DNA from: the human T2T-CHM13v2.0 reference genome, Homo sapiens
Length of the DNA: 64,000 nucleotides
Assembly (NCBI RefSeq): GCF_009914755.1
Contig: NC_060947.1
Direction: 5' to 3' (one strand)
Shown: positions 53,499 through 64,000 of the stretch, one piece after another
How the letters are laid out: every line of letters starts with the position of its first letter
Numbering within the stretch: the first letter of the stretch is position 1
Program-made: the position numbers and the translations under genes
Notes under the pieces: generated by a model
The model's input: only the letters and a program-made list of their open reading frames with translations
Told to the model about the DNA's origin: nothing
Database searches by the model: none

Positions 53499-54349
53499 TA
53501 GAGAAACATTTAATAAAGACACACACATAGCAGTAAGAAACAAGAAAATATGAAAAGTAAAACAAATTGAAGTAAAAAAGTGAGATTGTATAAACAAGTC
53601 CAAACATATCAATAATTACAAAAAACTTTACATAGATCAAAATTGTCACCTAATAGAGATTTTCACACTGGATACAAAGACCAATAAAACCCAGATATAT
53701 GTAGTTGCAAGTCACACACCTAACGCATGAGGGCATGGGGTTGAAGGTAAAATGGTGAGAAAAGATAGACCAGGCAAATACTAACCAAAATAAAACATAT
53801 ATCTATATTACTATTTGAAAACCAAAGCTTAAGACAAGTGAAAATCATCACTAGAGAAATAAAAGGTTGCTACATAAAAAAACATTTAGTCTACCAGTGC
53901 AGTAAACAATGCTGAGGTTTTCAAAACAAATTAGCTTCAAAATGTATAAAGCAAAGTGTATAGATTTACAGGAGACATTAATAATCCTGACATTTTACTG
54001 GTGAGATTTCAACACAACTTTTCTTGATTATTTACAGGTCATTTAGATAAGAATTAATCATTAATGATTTGTAAACTGCAATTAATAAGCTATAATGTAC
54101 ATAAATTGAATTCTGCACCCAACAATTAGAGAATACCAATTATCCTCATAAATACATGGAGTATTTACAAATATAGATTATAATAAAGGGTAAAAGAAGT
54201 CAAGTTTTCAGAGAACTGGAAACTGACTAAAACATAATTAAGTTAGATGTCAATAATAAAAAGACAAATTTTTTAGTTCCTATACATTTAGAAATGTAGA
54301 AGCAAAACCTTAACCAATGGATTGAAGAAGAAATAACAATAGAACTTTT

Positions 54350-55928
<1,579 letters not shown>

Positions 55929-56508
55929 ACAATAGAACTTTTAAAATACTTAGAACTAGATTATTTTTTAAATGCTTTGTATAACAATCCTTAGATGTAG
56001 ATAAACTAGTACTTAGAAGGAAAATTACTGCCTTCTAATATTTATTGAAATACTAATTTATCTCAATATTAATGTGCTAAGTATCCAATTTAAGAAACTT
56101 GGATATAGAACAACCAAAAATACACAACAAAAAGAAGATGTAGCTTTTCATATGTCAATTATACCTCAATAATGTTGTTTTTTAAAAAGGTAGGAGATAA
56201 GGATAAGAATAACAATCAATGAAACAGAAAACAAAGAGACAAAAGGAGAGATATACAAAACCAAAGACTGCTTTTTTGGGAAGATTAACAAAATTGGCAA
56301 ATCTTTGGTAAAACTTATTAAAAGCAAAACGGATGGCAAAAACTATAATTCTAGCAATGAAAAGTGGATCATCATTACAGATACAGCACAGATTAGAGTA
56401 TAAGGTACTACTATGAACAAATTTATGTCAAAAATTAAAATCTAGACAGACAAATTTCTGGTCACATGTAAATTACCAAAACGTATTAGAATATACAGTC
56501 TTAGTAAT

Positions 56509-56860
56509 TGTATGAGTCCACTCTCATGCTACTATGAAGAACTTCCCAAGACTGAGTAATTTATAAAGGAAAGAGGATTAATTGACTCATGGTTCTGCAG
56601 GGCTGGGGAGGCCTCAGGAATCATGGCAGAAGGCATCTCTTCATAGGGCGGCAGGAGAGAAAATGAGTGCCCAGCAAAGGGGGAAGCCCTTATAAAACCA
56701 TCAGATCTCGTGAGAACTAACTCACTATCAGGAGAACAGGATGGGCTAAACCACCCCCATGATTCAATTATCTCCAACTGGTCCCTCCCACAACATGTGG
56801 GGATTATGGGATGTACAATTCAAGATGAGATTTGGTTGAGGACACAGCCAAACCATATCA
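56509..56860 (-). mobile_element. THE1/MST solo LTR
   Basis: Ends in gacacagccaaaccatatca. Perfect 5-bp TSD gtaat (56504-56508, 56861-56865). Confidence 0.93.
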
Positions 56861-57044
56861 GTAATCCAATAACTATTAGCAAAATTGAAGCAGTGATTAA
56901 GAACTTTCCCAAAAAAGAAATACAAGACCAAAATGATTTTGCTAGTGTTTTCTCTCAACATATCAAAGACCAGATTATTTCCATATTAAATAACCGTTCT
57001 AAAAAATAAAATAGGAAATACTAGCTAAATCATTCTATGAAATT

Positions 57045-57090
57045 ATTAAAAGCAATGGCAAAAAGCAATTACTTTTGCACCAACCTAATA
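57045..57090. mobile_element. MADE1 (Hsmar1-derived MITE) half element
   Basis: aatggcaaaaagcaattacttttgcaccaacctaa matches the mariner TIR. Confidence 0.85.
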
Positions 57091-57796
57091 TTGTAATCTT
57101 GCTATCCAATCCAGAAAAAGACAATATGAGAGGAGAAACCATAGTTTATTCTCACTCGTGACCCAGATGTAAAAAATTCTAAAACTAAAAAAATAAATAA
57201 TTGAATTCAACAATATATAAAAATAAATAGACAGTGACCAGGCTGGATTTATCCCTAGAAGTCAAGCATGATTGACCTTAGAAAATGAGTAAATATTATT
57301 ATATTAATGTTTTACTAACAAGAAAAAATGTAATAGCCTTACTAGACACAAAAAAACACATTTGGTAAAATTCAATGCCAATGTATAATATAAATTTTTA
57401 GCAAATTAGGATTAGAAGGAAAATTCCATAATCCAATAAAATGTATCTAGCAAAACCCTGATCAAACATTATATTTAACAGGAGGACATTAAAATTATTC
57501 CTTTTACTATCAAAAATTTTAAAATGATGCTATCACTAACTTTATTCAACACTTTCCTAGAAGTCTTGGTATTTTCAGTAGGACAAGAAAAAGAAATTAA
57601 AGGCATATGAATGCAAAATGAAAAAAACAAAAATGTTATTATTCACAGATTATATGATTGCCCATATAGGAAATTGAAACAACTATACATAAAAATTCTT
57701 AGAAGTAATAATTTAGCAAACTGAATAGCTATAATATGAGCTTTAATATATCTATTGCATTTCTATACACCCAGCAACATGTAAAAAATATAATTT

Positions 57797-57899
57797 TGTT
57801 TTAGACAGTTTCTCGCTCTGCTGTCACCTAGGCTGAAGTGCAGTGGTGATCATAGCTCATTGCAGCCTCAAATTCCTGGGCTGAAGTGATCTTCTTACT

Positions 57900-57942
<43 letters not shown>

Positions 57943-57980
57943 TTGGAGAGACAAGGTCTCTCTATGTTGCCAAGGCTGGA
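57797..57980 (-). mobile_element. AluJ/FLAM-like fragments with a (TTTA)n tract
   Basis: gatcatagctcattgcagcctcaaattcctgggct, then (ttta)n, then ctctatgttgccaaggctgg. Confidence 0.8.
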
Positions 57981-58447
57981 AAAAATGTAAGTTTACAAAG
58001 ACACCATTTAAAATAGAAGGAAACTATAAGGTAACTAAGACTAAATATTGCAAAAAATGTGTAAGATCTGTAAGTAGAAAATTATAACATTTATAGTGAG
58101 ATATTAAAACAAATAGTTGGAGTGGGTCATTTATAAAAGAAACTTAATATCCAAAGGATATGAATTCTTCTTGATTCATAAATCCAATAAATTTCCATCA
58201 GAATTCTAAAATGATTTTTTAGGAATTTGATGAGGTACTTCTAAATTTTATATGGAAGTACAAAAGGATGAAAATAGCCAAGAAACATCTGAAGAACGTG
58301 GAAAATTGACCATCCCAAATAGCAAAGTATTTTATAAAATCATATTAATTAAAGCAGAGTGTTATTGATGCAGTGATATACAACATGGATAGGAACAGAC
58401 ACATACAAATATAGAACTTTTATGTGTAACATAGGGGGCATATATCA

Positions 58448-58882
<435 letters not shown>

Positions 58883-59151
58883 TCATAAAATTTTAAATAA
58901 AATATAAAAGAATATCTTTCTGATACAGAGGTAGAAATAATTTATTTAACACAACACAAAAAATAGCCATCTAATAATATATTAACACAGGCAGCTATAT
59001 TAAAAGTAAGAACTTCAGTTTAGATACAAACACCAAGACAAACTACAACTGGAGAGAAGATATTCATGACGCATCCAACCAATACAACATTTGTATTGAA
59101 AATACACAAAAAAATCCACATATTAATAAGAAAAAGACAAACAACCCAATA

Positions 59152-59487
59152 CAGGTTGAACATTCCTAATACCAAAATCCAAAATCCAAAACTTTTATAG
59201 TGCCAACATGATGCCACAGGTGGAAAATTCCACACCTGACACCTTTACCTTCTGATGGTTCAATGTACACAAACTGTTTCATGCACAAAATTATTTAAAA
59301 TATTATATAATATTACCCTCAGCTATGTGTATAAGGTGTATATAAAACATAAATAAATTGTGTTTACACTTGGGTCCTACCCCCAAGATATTTCAGTATG
59401 TATATGCAAATATTTCCAAATCCAAAGAAATCCAAAATCCCAAACATTTTTAGCCCCAAGAATTTCAGATAAGGGATACTCAATCTA
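59152..59487. mobile_element. Tigger4/MER46-like DNA transposon
   Basis: TIRs caggttgaacattcct ... agggatactcaatct, inserted at TA. Confidence 0.8.
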
Positions 59488-59758
59488 TCATAAATGGATA
59501 AAGAATTTGAAGAGGCTTTTCATAGAAAAGAAAACTAAATTGCCAAAAATATATAAAATTATGCTCAAATTTTAGATATATAAAGTGATTAGGGGAATGA
59601 AAATTGTGATTACAATGACATTGTTTTAAAACCAAAACTTTAGAAATCTGAGAATACCAAGTGTTAGTATGCATACCACAGAGAAACTCTTGCACATCTG
59701 CACCAGGAAACATGTACAGGCACTGTTTATAATATCAAAACTCTGCAACTTAGACATC

Positions 59759-60277
59759 TGAATTAGTCAGAGTTCTCTAGAGGAACAAGAACTAATAGGA
59801 TGGATGTATACATAAAGCAGAGTTTAGTAAGGAGTATTGACTCACATGATCACAAGGTGAGGTCCCACAATAGGCCGTCTGCAAGCTGAGGAGCAAGGAA
59901 GCCAGTCAGAGTCCCCATACCTCAAAAGCAGAGAAACTGGTAGTGCAGCCTTCAGTCTGTGGTCGAAGGTCCAAGAGTCCCAAAGCTGAAGAAGCTGGAG
60001 TCTAATGTTTCCGGGCAGGAAGCATCCAGCACAGAAGAAAGATGTAGGCTGGAAGACTAAGCCAGTCTGGTCTTTCCACGTTCTTCTGCCTGCTTTTATT
60101 CTGGCCACGGTGGCAGCTGATTAGATTGTGCCCACACAGATTGAGGGTGGGTCTGCCTTTCCAAGTCCACTGATTCAAACGTTAATCTCCTTTGGCAACA
60201 CCCTCACAGACTCACCCAGGAACAATATTTTGCATCCTTCAATCCAATCAACTTGACACTCAATATTAACCATCACA
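59759..60277 (-). mobile_element. MLT2A-type ERVL solo LTR
   Basis: Reverse complement starts tgtgatggttaatattgagtgtcaagttgattggattgaagg. TSD acatc (59754-59758, 60278-60282). Confidence 0.92.
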
Positions 60278-60594
60278 ACATCTATTAGCAGAAAATGGAT
60301 AAATACGTTGTATAATCATATAACAAGTTACTATGCAACAGCAAAAATGAGAATGAACAATGTTAAGTGAGAAAAGTCTCAGAAAACTGTATACAGTATG
60401 ATACCAATCTTAGAAAGCTTAGAAAAGAGTAAAAGTAAATAATATACTATTTAGACATACATATACAATGTGATAAAACTGAATTTCAAAAAGCAAGGAG
60501 GATGATAATATAATCTGAATAGTGAAAAAGTGAATTATCATATTCACTTTCCAAACTACCAGGGGCAAAATCTTTTACTTTCTCAGACAGTAAA

Positions 60595-61020
60595 GTTATT
60601 TGACTGCCTGCTTTACCTGCAAGTACCATAACCTCAGGCACCTGGACACATAATTATAAGAAAAGATGTGTTGATGCTATCATTCTTGATGAAATGCACT
60701 GAAAATGTCATGTTCCCATTCCTCCTTAAGTAAGAAACAAAACCGACATTGCTATGACACCTAACAACTTAATACAAGGTAAAAAATCAAACAATCAGGT
60801 ACTATTCTGTTGTTTACCAGAATTATCAAACAGCTAAGAGTGGTGTGACTACTTTTTATTTTTATTTTTATTTTTTTTGGTCAGATGGATACAGCCAGAC
60901 ACATTTCAGTGACTCTTGAAATGATAATAAAAATAATTTAAGCAAATATCAACCAGCTTTCTCATTTAACTGCATATTTAAAGTAAAAGTGTTCATGTTA
61001 ATTGAATAGATTTGAGAAAT
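60595..61020. repeat. Tandem duplication copy B, distal diverged block
   Basis: Colinear with ~4125-4560. Confidence 0.75.
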
Positions 61021-61249
61021 GTCTCCAAATCCCCACATCATTTTTTCAAAAATTCTGATCAACCAAGTTGCCTTCCTGTTGTGCAAATGTGTTTTTCTCA
61101 TTTTTCTCCCACTTATTTATTTGCTTAAATGGTTCGGTTCTCAACAGGCATACAAGTTACATGAACAATGTACCATAACCACCAGGTGGAAAATGAAAAA
61201 TTCATCCCGAGCATGTATATGACCCCATGTGGAACAAATTTGCCTCACA

Positions 61250-61510
61250 TTGACATTCATTTATTCAACATTTAAATATATTTAATGAATACACTCCATT
61301 CCAGGGATTGTGCTTTGAATACAGTGGTGAATTCAGTTTCATTGAGGAGATCATCACATGACTACATCATTAAAATATAACATGTGATATATATATAATG
61401 CTAGAGATATGCATGGTATATTTTAATAAATAGGGCAAAAAGGATATCTAACCCAGTTGTCAAGAAAAAGTAGCCACGGAAGCCATGTTTGAATTGGTGG
61501 TGCCTAAATT
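61250..61510 (-). mobile_element. L2 3' fragment (probably continues ~63526-63725)
   Basis: cattcatttattcaaca..atatttaatgaatac..ccaggga..tgtgct. Confidence 0.55.
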
Positions 61511-61521
61511 GAAACTTAGTT

Positions 61522-63514
<1,993 letters not shown>

Positions 63515-63727
63515 GAAACTTAGTTTAGTGTGTTGGTCGTGCGAGGGAGAAACAGCATGAGAGAACACATTACAGTGAGAAACCATATGATGTGTTTCAT
63601 ATGGGGTGATATTCCATTCATTATTATTGGAGTTCCAAGTGTAACACACTGAGCAGTAAAAGTGGTGTGTGCGGAAACATCTCCTGGAGAGTCTTGTCAG
63701 TAATATTGAGGAATTCGGACTTTATTC

Positions 63728-63960
63728 CGCTAATGTTATGAATCGTATTAATAGATTTCTTAACATTGAGCCATCATTGCTTTCTGGGAATGAGCTCCAT
63801 TTGTGCTGCTTTATTCTATTTGCTAAAATTTTATTTAGGGTATTTGAGTCAATATTCATGAGTAAAATTGATCTGTTGGCTTTTAAAAAAATAATATATT
63901 TGTCAGGTTTTGGTATTGGTGATATTTTGCCTTTGTAAGACATTGAAAACTGTCCTTTCC
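63728..63960 (-). mobile_element. Old L1M ORF2 fragment
   Basis: ORF 63722..63994 contains MNIDSNTLNKILANRIKQH. Confidence 0.8.
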
Positions 63961-64000
63961 CATCTGTGTCAGTGGTTCTCAAACTTTTATGCACATAAGA

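Overview
Primate, human-like DNA that is very rich in LINE-1. Most of the window is transposon-derived, and I see no intact protein-coding gene. Almost every long ORF in the track is an L1 ORF1/ORF2 remnant, MaLR internal sequence, Alu or microsatellite. The main non-TE structure is an ancient tandem duplication: ~330-2380 plus ~4125-4560 match ~48955-51770 plus ~60595-61020. Its core shows by-eye identity layers of about 70%, 90% and 98-99%, suggesting repeated gene conversion, and it carries three small minus-strand exon-like units with strong splice sites in both copies. Only the second copy holds an 850-bp, TSD-flanked, intronless 3' retrocopy of NLRP7 (LRR region). The first copy preserves the empty insertion site. 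Other notable structures are a young L1PA2-like insertion whose first 28 nt are joined to mid-ORF2 through an AGGAA microhomology, a twin-primed L1 nested in an L1PB, a two-LTR THE1 element, a locally templated insertion, and an ancient YADD-bearing LINE fossil. Subfamily names and identities were judged by eye, not computed.
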